DNA of 64,000 bases from Mytilus edulis (lineage: Eukaryota): contig NC_092355.1 in NCBI RefSeq assembly GCF_963676685.1, forward strand, positions 39,184,001 through 39,248,000, given 5' to 3'. The translations under genes and the position numbers were made by a program. Below, piece after piece: positions 26,911 to 40,142 of the stretch. How positions within the stretch are numbered: position 1 is the first letter of the stretch; each line of letters begins with the position of its first letter. The notes beneath the pieces were generated by a model, which was not told the DNA's origin, did not search any database, and worked only from the letters and a program-made list of their open reading frames with translations.

Positions 26911-27215
26911 TTTATATGCCCTACCTACGATAGTAGAGGAGGGGCATAATGTTTTCTGGTCTGTGGGTCCGTTCGTTCGTCCGTCTGTTTGTCCGTTCGT
27001 TCGTCCCGCTTCAGGTTAAAGGTTTTGGTCAAAGTAGTTTTTGATGAAGTTGAAGTTCAATCAACTTGAAACTTAGTACACATGTTCCCAATGATATGAT
27101 CTTTCTAATAGTTTAGCCAAATCAGAGTTTTTTTTCCCAATTTCGCGCTCCACTGAACATAGAAAATGATAGTGCGAGTGGGAAATCCGTGTACTTGGGA
27201 CACATTCTTGTTTTT
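26911..27215 (+). mobile_element. Helentron-associated non-autonomous element (HINE/DINE-1-like)
   Basis: T-rich ends, 5' subterminal IR ATGCCCT..GGGGCAT, (CGTT/CGTC)n microsatellite at 26968-27007, 3' GTGT..ACAC stem; absent from unit 4. Confidence 0.75.
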
Positions 27216-28761
27216 GTTAAATCGTACAGAATTGCTTTTCTAAAGCTCTTACTGTTGATGATTTGAACCTCTAAACGTGTGTACTATTAGTTTCATGGAA
27301 CACAGTTTATGTCATCATATCGTTCTGCATTATTTAAAAGCATTTATAATTGAGTTTACCCATATTGAGCTCTTATATTGTTTAATGCCTTAGAGTGGTG
27401 GTATCATAGCAAAACACGATCGACCAAAACATCTAAAAACAGCCTTCAAAAAACTAAAAACGGAGCAAATTGAACCCTTGCCATACATTTATGAGAATAT
27501 CGGATTCCATATGTTATCAATCTTATTTTACACTATTTCGTTTCATTCTTTCCAAGAACCTTGTTAATATAAAGATATTTTATATTACAGGTACATTTGT
27601 CTTTTCCACACACTTAACAAAATACAATAAGGTGGGCATATCTTTATTCATTGCAAATTTTTGTCTATCATAAGTAAAACGTACGGACATTTTAGGATAG
27701 ACAATACAAATTTGTTTTATGCACATTTTTTTTTTATAACGCCATATGCTTGCTAACCATATGATATACATAATTTAAATCTTCAAAACAAGAAAAAAAA
27801 AGCACGTAATGAATTATAAGATGTTTAGTCGTAACAAACTTGACATCAAGTAGGTTATTTGTTATGTTTTACCACTACAGATTTTCCACAGAGTTTAAAA
27901 AAGTATATATGATATACAACATGAGGGTTTTGCAGTGCAATCTATAATTATGATGGTTGTTTTAGGTGTAATAATGACATATTTCAGTATACATATATTC
28001 CATAGATTGTATTTGATGAAGCTAATTATTTCGATCAAGATATCATAGACTTTTAATCATAGAATTGATACTGTATTAGTATGTTTTAAGAATATTGTTT
28101 CCTATAATCATGACTATATCTTTTGCATACATTTAAGCAAACCATGTGCGTTTTAATTTCGATGCATGAACCACTAGCATTACAGCATTTTGTTTCTTCA
28201 GCCATACCCTATGTAATAGATCTGATTTCGAAAATTTACTATATAGTTTCAGTTATTTCTATTTGTTTTTATTTAGTAATACAACTTATACATGATTTAC
28301 AGCAACAACAAACAAATCAACTGAAAACTTTAAATGTTGACTTCAACCTCTTTGTTTAAAAACTCTTGTAAGTAAGGGAAATAATTATATCCATAATCAC
28401 AAATTGTATTAATAGTTATTTCAACGAACATATATGAAATTGATGTATATTCCTTGTGTACATACTTTTTTTTCTTAAATCACAGTTAAGTTTGAAACAC
28501 CAAAGAAAAAGCTTTCAGCTTAAAGTGCAAATTCCACATTAAGGTGGTAAAATTATTAACTACCCTTCAAACAGATGAAGTATATGTATTTTTACTTTCC
28601 AGTTTTGATAGCTGGATTTTTTAACCGTTCCATTATTTAGGAAAGGAAACATCTTTTCGTATTTCCTTTTTTTTTTAATTTTAAGACAAATAACTGATTA
28701 TTAGATAGAATCGTGTAACCACATTTGTATGCAGCAATTATCTAAACTTTTAATTTTACAT

Positions 28762-28976
28762 GGTGTAAACCAACTAAATTTTGCGAGCGATTTATTTTCG
28801 CGACTTTCGCGAGTAGAAAAATAACGCAAAATTAAATCGTCGCGAAAAGGAATAACTTGGATCTTTCCCTGTCAAACTACATTAAGTAAATCAGAAAATC
28901 GCGAAATTAAATCGCCGCGAAATTGACTAGTTGGGTATAAACGTAAAGTATTCGCGAAAATAAGCTGGTTAACATA
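28762..28976. mobile_element. MITE with TTCGCGA-rich internal repeats
   Basis: TIR-like TGTAAACCAACT...AGCTGGTTAACA; multiple inverted TTTTCGCG/CGCGAAAA. Confidence 0.7.
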
Positions 28977-31900
28977 GTGATTATAGCTAAGACGTTGCGC
29001 TTCATATATTATGTTATCGGTTTTCGCTCTGCCTATATGACTTTGCTTAGCTGTTAATCGAATTGCATTGCACTGCTTTTTGACGTCAATTATAAGCTGT
29101 AGCCCATTTGAGCTCGTTCGGTGCGCTCAATCGACAAAGGCTTCATATTGTGACTCAGAGCTGATATTTTACAATATTGATATGCAGACAGCCTTATAAT
29201 CGGTACTTCTTATGCTCTAATGTGATTTTTTTTATCGTTTACCTTATCATTTGTTTTCCTTCTTTTACAGTGCATTTAATCGTACATTATAATCATATCA
29301 AAATCACCAGGCAATTCTTCTTTTTGAAGATTTATCGATTATCAAAAGGGCGTTTGGGTTTTTTAAGAATTACTCTGTTTGTATACGCCTAACGTTTGTT
29401 TATATGCTTTTATAATATTCTCTTTATTTGACAGGGTAATGCATTTCTAATATTCATTATATCAACTTTTTACAATATTGATCAATCCGTTACAGTTCTC
29501 CGTAATATTCATTATAGATCTATTTTTCAGCACATACAAATAAAGTGCACTTTTTATTATTTGACCTGATAATTGTTGAAATATTATCTAAGATTAAGCT
29601 ATTATTGTTATGGTTATGGTAATATCCATAGTAGGTAACAAATGCAGCAAGATACATTACAGCATATGTTACAGAAGTATTTAATGTTTGAGACTGATTT
29701 TAAAAATAAATAAAAGGCTATATTGTTAAATAATTTGAGCATGTAAAAATAGTGTCAGACCCTTAAATGTAAATAATAATACAATATATGTCTGCTTTGA
29801 CTAGTAAATGTAGACAAATTGTAACGCGTATGTGGCACAACTATCTAGACAGAAGGGTTTTGCTTAAAAAAAATATTTTAGAGAAAGGGGAGTTAAGGAT
29901 TGTAGAATCTATACGTTTAAGACAATGTTTATGTTTTAAATTCGCTGTACTTGAAAAAATACAGGCTTAAATGCATTAAATTTGAACCTTATATGTGAAC
30001 TGCTTCTAAGAAAACAAAATGAAAATATGATTTTAAAACGCCGTAAAACTATGAACTTTATCTGCATGACGACAATTGAAATTATTGTAAATAGTTCATT
30101 GATGGATTAGTATACTGAAATTCTATATTAGGTTTTGTAAAGTATAACATTTATGACGTCAGCAAAATAAGCAGTAAACCACAATGGAAGTTGTTATCAC
30201 AGTTTTGTTTTATACTTGTTCGTCATTTGTTGAATTTAATTTATAATGTCATCTGGAGTTAACCATTTTCCTAATTAATCATCTATTTTTGTTGTGGTTT
30301 GTTTTACTGAAATGGACATTTCAAGCTACTTCTGATGTATTTATTTAACTATTGTAGTCCCGTAGTTCATGAAGTTAGTTTTTTGTACTTTTACACAGCG
30401 TGATGTTTACGTTGTTTTCGTCCTTGTATAGCGGCGTGGTTTATCAAACGTAAGAAGCATTACTTTATTGATTTTTTAATTGTAGATGAAAATGATGTTA
30501 GGAAGAATAAGAGCAACACCAGAGATATATTTTGATAACCAAAGACGGAAGAGAATAAGTCTTTTGGTATTGTTAAAATCAATTTGAAAGTAATTTTTAT
30601 CTCAAGAACTATTTTGACGAGTGACAAAACTATCGTTTTGGAAGTTGACTTGAATAAAATGTTTTTTTGTATTTGTCATTTGTTATTTGGTTGTATTGTT
30701 TCTTTTCACATTCAGGATAAAAACAGTTGGCGGAATTGATAGTTTTTTTCAGTGATTGGACTATCATTTACCTGTAAGAATCAGTTATACTACCTTCAGC
30801 TGTCCAATATTTTTAAGAAACAAGAGGGCTATTCTTAACAATATTGGACAGCTAAAGGTAACATAATGGTTCCTTACAGGTAAATGATAGTCCAGTCACT
30901 GAAATAAAGAACAGGTACAACAATAGAAAGACGTCACAACAATGTTTTAACTTTTGGTGAAAGAATTCCAAAATAAGTATAGATTTCAGATAAGTAAAAA
31001 AAAAGGAAATCATCACAAGAAGTTCCACAAATGGTACATGCATTTTAAAAAAATAGAATGAACAAAAATGTTAACAAAACCAATAAATCATACAGAAAAT
31101 CTTCTCAAAATCTCCTAAATCGTTTAGATAAGTCATTGTAAGCCTATGAAATTACACCTAATGTAACTTATACAGCAGTGCTGTTTGTTTATTAAGTTTC
31201 GTTCCCTATCGACATTGAATAGCAATAAGAAAAGGATGTATACCTTTTAGTTTGATCGATTGAATTTAAACGCTTATTTCAAGACAATAGTGCTGTTATG
31301 TGAGGGTAAGATCTTATTGGCAGTGGAAGCCGGATTGACCAACAACTTTTGGTAGGAAAACCTATATCAATTAAGATAGGAGCCGAGCGCAATTATCACA
31401 TCCGAGATACAGACTCAAAACAATACTGTGGACAAGCTAATATTGCTGTTTGAAGTTTAACGCCTAAAATCCATTTGATAAAAACATATGACATAGAATA
31501 GGGCCTCGTAATATAAAACCATATCTTGTGACAATTGAGACGAGGAAAAGCAATTATATCGCTGTTCTTTTGCCCTATCTGCATGTTTTTGCTCTGCATG
31601 TACTGGCATTATGTCATGGATGGTTACATTCTATCATTTTGTTCTGTTTTTTTAAATAAAGTAAACCAACAAAATAACATGACACCTAAAATTCTTCAGC
31701 TTGATATTTGATTCCCCTCCTTTGCAAATTGTTGAATTCAGAGTTTTTTTTGCAAAAAGTTCTGCATGTTCTAAGTAAGTACTGATTACTGATAGATGTT
31801 AGAAAATCTGGAATGAAAATCAGCGATGTAAACACTGACAGGTTTGTTATTTAACAATGGTGAAATATTTATTTGACATATATTGATTTCGATCAAAATA

Positions 31901-32703
31901 AATGCTCTACATACAGTATAACAAGATATGTAAAGAAGTATTATACAAAATCATAAAGGTTGTAAACAATTTAACAATAAATGTATTCATCTTGTAATAT
32001 TTTACATCTGTTATTATTGGACACTATCTAGTATTGAGATCTAAACTTATAGTACATCATGCAGTGCGATGACGTTTATACAAAAATTCAAGGTTGTAAA
32101 GAAATTAATAAAGGAATTATTTTCATAACAACTAAATACATAACAAACCAGATTTTTTTTAAATAACCAAAAATCGTGACACGAAATTCACACTCAGATC
32201 ACAAATAGATATTGTCACAGTTATATAACACATTACACCGATTTTGACGGGAAATGAACTGAGTAAATGCAAGCCAAAACATTTCAAGGAAAAACTGCCA
32301 AATAGTTATAGGCATGTTGCATTAAGGAATTATAAAGTGAAAAATGTATAACAAGGACCTGATTAATGTGTGTACCCTATCGGCAAATGAACTGTTACAT
32401 TGTTGCAATTTACGTGTAACTTTCTTCAGCTGTTTTTCATATTGATATATATTTTGTACACAACGCAAAAAATGTTGGTTTAAATAGGGAACTTAACATC
32501 GTGAAATTAAAGAACTGAATAGTGACTAGTGACTATTGTGTGGAACACTGTATAAATCCATTACGTAGATATGCATAACTGATTGAAACTATTTTTAAAA
32601 AGTTCTGCTTATGCTATGTATAAACTCTACAATTGGTTTCAGTATATAAACTGTTTTTGCATTTAGAGCGCCTGCAATTCTTAGAAATAAACTTATCATA
32701 AAT

Positions 32704-32805
32704 ACCAGGAATGAAATTTGGTATTGCCCCAGATGAGCGCTTCGTCTAATCAGTGACGCTAGAATAAAAAAAAAAAAAGACAAATGAAGTACGAAGTTGA
32801 AGATA
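32704..32805 (-). repeat. Retrozyme fragment with partly deleted hammerhead
   Basis: Minus: AGCGTCA CTGAT[deletion]TAGAC GAA GCGCTCA TC TGGGGC; flanks match 62272-62380. Confidence 0.65.
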
Positions 32806-33354
32806 TACCATCATGTCTGCCCTCTTTCTATTTATTAGAAATCATCTTAAAGGGCAATTACTTCATAACTAACATTAGTAAGTCATTAAAACTATATGTA
32901 TTCATGTAGTCTTTCGATAATTATAATACATACCATTTAGTAAATCAAGCTTAATCGCAAATGATAGTAAACAACATAGATTTAATGAAATAAAAAGATA
33001 CATTGCTCTATACGAGCTTCTTCTTATTATTTGATTGTGTACATATGTATTTTAATACAATAAAGACATTTTTATGTTAAAAAAGTTTGGAAACAAGATG
33101 TTCTTGTTTAAAACAACTATTGAGAATGCAAATCTAAACCAAGCCTAAATCATTAAATGCATTACAATAAATGCGTGTCCTGTATGTCCTTGGTCAAATC
33201 TCATTTAAATATAATGCGATGGTGAATATATAACTCCCCGTTTTGTTTGTTTTCCCCAAAAAATAGAATGTCGAGATTAAACAAGGATCGGCATTCGCTT
33301 CAACATTACATATTATTTCCAATAAATAACATTCCATTTTTATTACTTACGATA

Positions 33355-33880
33355 ATGTTAACGGTGCCAATTTCACAGCACAATTTGCACATTCCGACAA
33401 TAAATGCCATTTCGATGATGTTCGACTATCATTTTAGAACCTTTGAAGAGTTGATTAAACAGAAAAGGACAAACATCAAACTTAATCCGAACAAGGAATC
33501 AAAGCTATGCATGAGGGAAATACACCGTAATCAAAATGATTTCGAAATTGAACAGCAAGTTTAATCAAATAATATCTGAATTGTTTTCTCAGTGCCGAAT
33601 ATTGACTACTTTGCCTTGAATTCAAGGCAATCATAGTTTTAAAATCTTTAAATCGACCCAGTTGTAGTAATGTTAAAGCTTAAACATACTGCATCGGATT
33701 TGCATTTGGATATTTTATCTATTCAGAAATAATCGAAGTATAAAAAGTCCAACACCTCATTTAAATGTTGCAGAGCTGATAAAATTAAAACACGGACAAG
33801 CAATTCGATGTATACATAAATATATATGAAAAGCATATATGTCAGATAAACCATTTCGCCTAAGCTGTAAGTAAAATAAA
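33355..33880 (-). repeat. Decayed tandem retrozyme dimer in unit 4
   Basis: Paralog of 23840-24420; hammerhead remnants at ~33380-33425 and ~33690-33735. Confidence 0.65.
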
Positions 33881-34402
33881 CTATGCTGAAAGTCTTATTA
33901 TACTTGCCTTATATAAATTATGTATAGAATATTTTCTTCTAGACAATTACAAACATAAAATCTCGTTTTTACCTATCCTTTATGTGTTATGTTTTTACCG
34001 TTGTTTGTTTGTTTTATATTCTTAGATTCTTATTAATGTGAACTTTAACATTAAAAGAATCAAGAGTTTCGTTATGTTAGAAAGTATCCGGAATTTTTTT
34101 ATTGCGTTTGCTTCTACTTTTATGCTCACGTTCAATGACTTTGTAGATTCATATTGCATGTTTCAATAAGTATCTATAATTTATGAACAGTTGATAAAAT
34201 GTCCCATATCAACCAAATATTTGGATCAAATTTACCAAAACAAAATTCCAGAATATAATGCATAGTTTGCATTCCGAAGGACAAATAATCCTCAAAGGCA
34301 AAAGATATTTAACAAATAACATCCTTCAGAAAGTATTGGGTACAATGTAGCACCGTGAGTGATATGTAAAATCGATGCAGTTTGAAGCAAACTTGCAAGT
34401 AT

Positions 34403-34613
34403 ACTCTGAATTCATTATAGTTCGTTGGATACCAATTTTTATGGGTTTCGTGAGTAGAGGTCTACCACGAATTAAAATGTGCAACGAATAACATATTTTT
34501 AATAGGCTTTGTATACAGAGATTGGCAAAACTACGAAATTAAATATCCACCAAAATGTAAGTTTTCAACAATCAACGAAAATTGTTACCCACAAAAATTA
34601 ATGATTCCACGAT
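34403..34613. mobile_element. MITE of the 2038 family (diverged)
   Basis: TACTCTGAATTCATTA...AATGATTCCACGATA, with the same internal motifs. Confidence 0.7.
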
Positions 34614-34717
34614 ATCTATTCTTTTGTTGAATGCAGTAGGATATAAAGCATGTACACTAAAAAGGGGCGAATTATATCGATAGGATAACACATGACACAG
34701 TCATGGCACAAAATGAA

Positions 34718-36215
34718 AATAAAGGCAACAGTAGTATACCGCTGTTCAAAACTCAAAATCCATGGACAAAAAACAAAATCGGGGTAACAATCTAAATCTG
34801 ATGAAAACGCATTACATATAAGAGGAGAACAACGACAAAACATTAACATGTTACACACACAGAAACGGATTAAGCATTAGACTTAATCCTATGAGAATAA
34901 TAAATATAACGTCAAAACCAAATACATGATAGATAAGTACCGTGACACGTCTTATAGTAATGTGAATTCATATTCAAACATAAGAGAAAACAAACGACAC
35001 AACGGAAACACAACGTTAAAATGTAACACACATAGAAACGTAATATAACTATGGCCATATTCCTGACTTGGTACAGGTCATTTTTAAAGGAAAACATGGT
35101 GGGTTGAACCTGGTTTTGTGGCATGCCAAAGCTCCCTCTTTTATGGCCATGTGAAATATAACATTAAAATGACAACATAACATTACAGGACTACAATATA
35201 AATAAATAGCAGAACACAATTGACAAAGAAACACACGAATAATAGCTAACAAAAGGCAACAAGTTTAAAATTTTAATACAGCAGAAGTGCATTTTGTCCA
35301 CGCAAGACTTACTAGTGACGCCCAGATACAAAAGTTTGAAAGCCAAAACATGTACAAAGTTGAACAGCATCTAGGACCAAAAGTTCAAAAAAGCTGTGCC
35401 AAAAACGACCAGGGTTTTCTGTTAGTTACCAGAACATCCCTATTATTTAGAATAATTTATACTTTTGCAAACAGTAAATTTTATAAAATGACTATACATA
35501 AGATATATGATAAAACTGAAGTATTAACTAATTACAGGAAACAACCGAAATACATTACATAACCCGACAAAATGCAACACAAAAAATATACACATTCGAA
35601 TAAGTTAAAACCTCAACGCCAAGCGACGTCATATTTGAAATTGTAAAAATTGACGTCGTATTTGAATTTGTCATACAGATCATCAAAAAATGAAAAATGA
35701 CGTCACATTTGAATGAATAAGATATAATTAGGATTGATTTAAGATTATATTTGAACTAAATACTGATATTACATTTAATAACAATGCACATTTCAATACT
35801 TATTAATAGCAAACTAAGATAGCAATTAACTATATTATATAGCTATGTCCGGTTTGTTTTGAATTTAACTTTAAACGTAAAACATCGTACAGATTACGTT
35901 GAACAAAACCAAATCTAATAAATGAAGGCGGTGATTAATTTTCTTTACCATAACACATGAATATAATAGAAAAGACGTCAACACATTTGACAAAATCCGA
36001 TGAGAATTACAAATATAACGTTAAACATTTAAACTAAATACATAAATTTGGGATAGACAAGTACCGTAACACGTCTTATAGTAATGCGAATTCACACTCA
36101 GCAAAACAGTCACAATCGGGAATAAGTCACGTTTGGTAATTAAAAGATTAGACGACGCAATGACAAACCACAATCTACCATGTAGTAAAAATGTCCTTAG
36201 CTAGTTTGGTCAAAA
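34718..36215. mobile_element. Non-autonomous Penelope/retrozyme-related element with internal direct repeat and dead hammerhead
   Basis: 34718-35090 matches 61092-61466 in reverse; hammerhead remnant at 35279-35322 (minus CTAGTAA..AAAA) followed by a retrozyme body like 62340-62540; 34880-34975 is repeated at 35990-36100; absent from unit 3. Confidence 0.65.
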
Positions 36216-36307
36216 CGATAAACAATATGCAAAACACATCAAAGACACGTAAAGACTGATAAAAATGGGTTTATATCAGATGCTTCGAAAAAGTATTGCA
36301 GATATAT

Positions 36308-36722
36308 AGATATAGGAAGATGTGGTGTGAGTGCCAATGAGACAACTCTCCATACAAATAACAATTTAAAAAGTAAACCATTATAGGTTAAAGTACGGCC
36401 TTCAACACGGAGCCTTAGCTCACACCGAACAACAAGCTATAAAGGGCCCCAAAATTACTAGTGTAAAACCATTCAAACGGGAAAACCAACGGTCTAATCT
36501 ATATAAACAAAACGAGAAACGAGAAACACGTATATATTACATAAACAAACGACAACTACTGTACATCAGATTCCTGACTTAGGACAGGTGCAAACATTTG
36601 CAGCGGGATAAACGTTTTAATGGATCCAAACCTTCTCCCTTTTTCTGAAACAATAGCATAACATCACAACAAAGAAAAACATACGATAAAATATCAATTG
36701 GCAGACTTAACTCAATCAAAAA
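36308..36722 (+). repeat. Family A variant inserted in the PLE remnant
   Basis: AGGAAGATGTGGTGTGAGTGCCAATGAGACAACTCTCC head; 15360-15507 is its reverse complement. Confidence 0.8.
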
Positions 36723-37371
36723 ATACTCTACATTCAGGTGCTCTAGAATGTTGCTACATAGACATATAATTTCCCATTATTGAAGCTTAACTTATCCCTT
36801 TTTCTCGTAAAGTGTTGTTCTTAACCGACCGTCATTGTCAATATCTAGATGTAAGTCTAGAACTGAGGCTGGCATAACTGTACCTGTTTAGCTCATATTT
36901 CAAATTTGAAGGGATACCTTCATTAACATATTTACTAAAATATTAAACGAGTTGATATCATCGTAAAATAAAGGATAATGCTAGATTATTTCCATTCTTT
37001 CTATATGAAGTTATTCTCATATGAATAAAGGAATAAGTCGACATGGAGGGGAGCACAATTGGTTCTCATGGGAATGTCGATTGTTTTGGTTTTTTTTTTC
37101 AATCGTCTTACAAACATGTCAAGTGTATTGGCAATCAAGAAGTATTCATAATATCAGTTTTAGAATTATGTTAAGTACAATTTATCCTTCCCTAGCATTG
37201 CCAAAGACTAAATACTTGTATAATTGACCATTCTGTGTATGACACATAGAGGAACTGATTCTTTCTTTTTCTTCTTTTTTAATTAGAGTTTGGAATGAGA
37301 AACACTTATGAAGAGCGTAGAAAATGAAAATGTTAATACTACTGCAAGAGGCAATAAACTTGGTTTGTATG

Positions 37372-37967
37372 TACAGTGCTACTTTGGCATAGGTACTATT
37401 TATGTACATAAAACCTGTAGTACTGGAAATCTGCCTTTACTATTTAGTACTTTTTCTTAACTATAAAAATATTGTAATATTTAGGTACCTGTATTTTACC
37501 AACATGTATCACAGTATTCCAGGTTTGAACATCATAACTTTAAGAGAATTGAAATAGTCAAAATTTCAAAATATATTTTGTGTATAATTCGGAGGTTAGT
37601 ATGACGTACATTATCACTGTACTAGTATACATATTGTTTAAGGGGACAGCTGCAGGACGCCTACGGGTGCGGGAGTTTATCGTTACATTGAAGACCCATT
37701 GGTGGCCTTCGGCTGTTGTCTGCTCTATGGTCGGGTCGTTGTCGCTTTTACATATTCCCCATTTTCTTTCTCAATTTTATAAGAATGTAACGGTGTAAAA
37801 AAATTGTAGTTCTTAAATTTTAACTACAAATCAAGTACTGTCAAATACAGGTACATACATATTACAATAGTTTTAAAATAACAAAATAGTACTGCATATT
37901 TAAAGTAGATTTCCAGTATTACATATTTTTGGTACAGAAATAGTACCTATGTAAAAGTAACTGTGTA
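37372..37967. mobile_element. Foldback MITE with ~120-bp TIRs carrying a family C insertion (37578-37781)
   Basis: CATAGGTACTATTT..TACTGGAAATCT..TACCTGTATTT is mirrored by AAATACAGGTA..AGATTTCCAGTA..AAATAGTACCTATG; absent at paralogous 26180. Confidence 0.75.
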
Positions 37968-38558
37968 CTCTAACGTATCTTACGTATCGACATCTAAATC
38001 ACGCGTCCCTTGAGAAAGGAGATTCACTATAACTTTGAACTCGACTTTGACTGCTGATATTTCAGATAGAGGTTTCGTACAGTTATTGGATTATCCAGCC
38101 ATATAGTGTTGTTTATACACGCCTAAAGTGATTAGAACACCAGTTATGTCTTAGTTTGTGGAATGTAGTACGTAACAAACTATGAATGCTTGTATTGTTT
38201 TAACGTGTGAAGGCATTTAAGAAAACTGATTTGAATCAACGATCAAGATCCAATAGTTCTTATTTCCAATTGCTTGTGAAAGAAATATTATAAAATAGGT
38301 ATCCAATCATGAACATTTACAAACTGAACCGTATATTTTGAGAAGATATTTGTATAAAGAAAACACACTTAAGAAATACAAGAAAAATATTAAACAACAT
38401 CGAAATATCTTTATTCGTTGTAACATTTATTTTATCATAAGTAAAATGAACGGATATTTAAAAATTGACAAAACTATTTTTTTAGTACGCCATATGCTTA
38501 CTAACCATATTCAAAAGTACCAATTTTCAAAGCAATAAAGTGGGCACGTAATGAATTA

Positions 38559-39104
38559 AAGAGATAACTGTATTGTATTTGAAGCTTTAAGGACGTCCAT
38601 CGGTAGTTTTACTGTCGCAAATTTAGTTTACCTGGCGACGCGGAGCGGAGACAGGTAAACGGGTATTTGCGACAGTAAAACTACCGATGGACGTCCGCAA
38701 AGCTTCAAATACAATACAGTTATCTCTATTCTAATGCGAAACAAGTTTATAATTAAATTTCAATCATTATTTCAATGTAAAATGTTCATTAAAGAAAATT
38801 CCGCGAAAAGATGTTATGTTCTTTGGTCCCTACACTAGGTGACGTCATAAGTATGCTTCCTGAGTCAAACATAAACATCGGCCGTTTTATGGCTTCTGTG
38901 CCGCTTCAGAATGTAATAAAATTTGATAAAAAGAAGATGTTTAGGCGCAACAAGTGAGTTTTTTGTTTATTATTGTAGAAATAACATGTCAATACATTCC
39001 GAAATTCACAATGTCGGCTTCCTTAGTTACAGACAAGGAGATAGAGAATTTTACGCTTGCTGTTATCCAATCAGAACAATTGTTACAAAATAATTGCATT
39101 AGAA
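38559..39104 (+). mobile_element. Hairpin-headed non-autonomous element, family H2
   Basis: Near-perfect hairpin 38559-38727 capped by GCGGAGC, with inner IR ATTCTAATGC...GCATTAGAAT; empty paralogous site GAATTATAAG at 27811-27820. Confidence 0.9.
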
Positions 39105-39935
39105 TATAAGATGTTTACTTGTAACATACTTGACAAGAAGTGGGTTATTTGTTATGTTATACCACTACATAATTTCCACAGAGTTTGAAAAAGTATATAT
39201 GATATACAACATGAGGGTTTTGTAGTGCAATCTATAATTATGATGGTTGTTTTATGTTTAATAGAGACGTTTCAGTTATAATATTTTGAATAGATTGTTT
39301 TCCACCTAAGTATATCGTGTAAACGTTATGGGGTATTATCAGTGCAATTTATTATTATAATGGTTGTTTTAAGTGTAGTAGAGACATATTGCAGTCTAAA
39401 TATTTTACAAAGAGTATATTTGACCTAACTAATTTATACAACTTAAATTGCGTTTTATAATGTTCATTTATTCGGATCACGAGAATACACTTTTTAATCA
39501 TCGATCTGGTACTGTTGTAACATGCTTTCAAAACTGTATTACCTCTCATACCTCGTACACAATGTTCAAAACAATAACTGCATAAAATACACATTAAAAA
39601 AAGATAAGAGATCATTTTTCAAATTGCAAATGGAACATATTTTGTTTTCAATTGCATATGATTAACACAAACTCTAACTGAATAATCATTGGAACACACC
39701 AAACAAACTGCGTGCATGAACATGTAATGCACAAAACCTAAGATCGGACTCTTGAACACATTTTTTTAAATATTTATCTATCAAATATTATAAAAAAAAA
39801 AGCAAATAAACCAACAGACGTGCATTGAGCATTCACAAACCGATAACATCGATCCCTTTCCACATAACAGAAGAAAACATATGATTCGGGAACATAATTA
39901 TTATAAGCTATACTGAATCATGGAGCATTTACAGA

Positions 39936-40142
39936 AAAAATGCGTAACACTGCAAAAACTTGAAACATTGACTATAACCACTTGTTTAAACGTTGGAACT
40001 CAAGGAATAGAACTCTACAGGACGCACGAGACGTATTAAAAATGCTTAAACACTGCAAAAACTTGAAATATTGACTATAACCCCTTTGTTTAAACGTTGG
40101 AACTCAAGGGATATAACTCTACAGGACGCACGAGACGTATTA
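39936..40142 (+). repeat. Recent two-copy tandem duplication, ~103-bp period
   Basis: AACACTGCAAAAACTTGAAA..TTTAAACGTTGGAACTCAAGG..CTCTACAGGACGCACGAGACGTATTA occurs twice with few mismatches. Confidence 0.9.
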
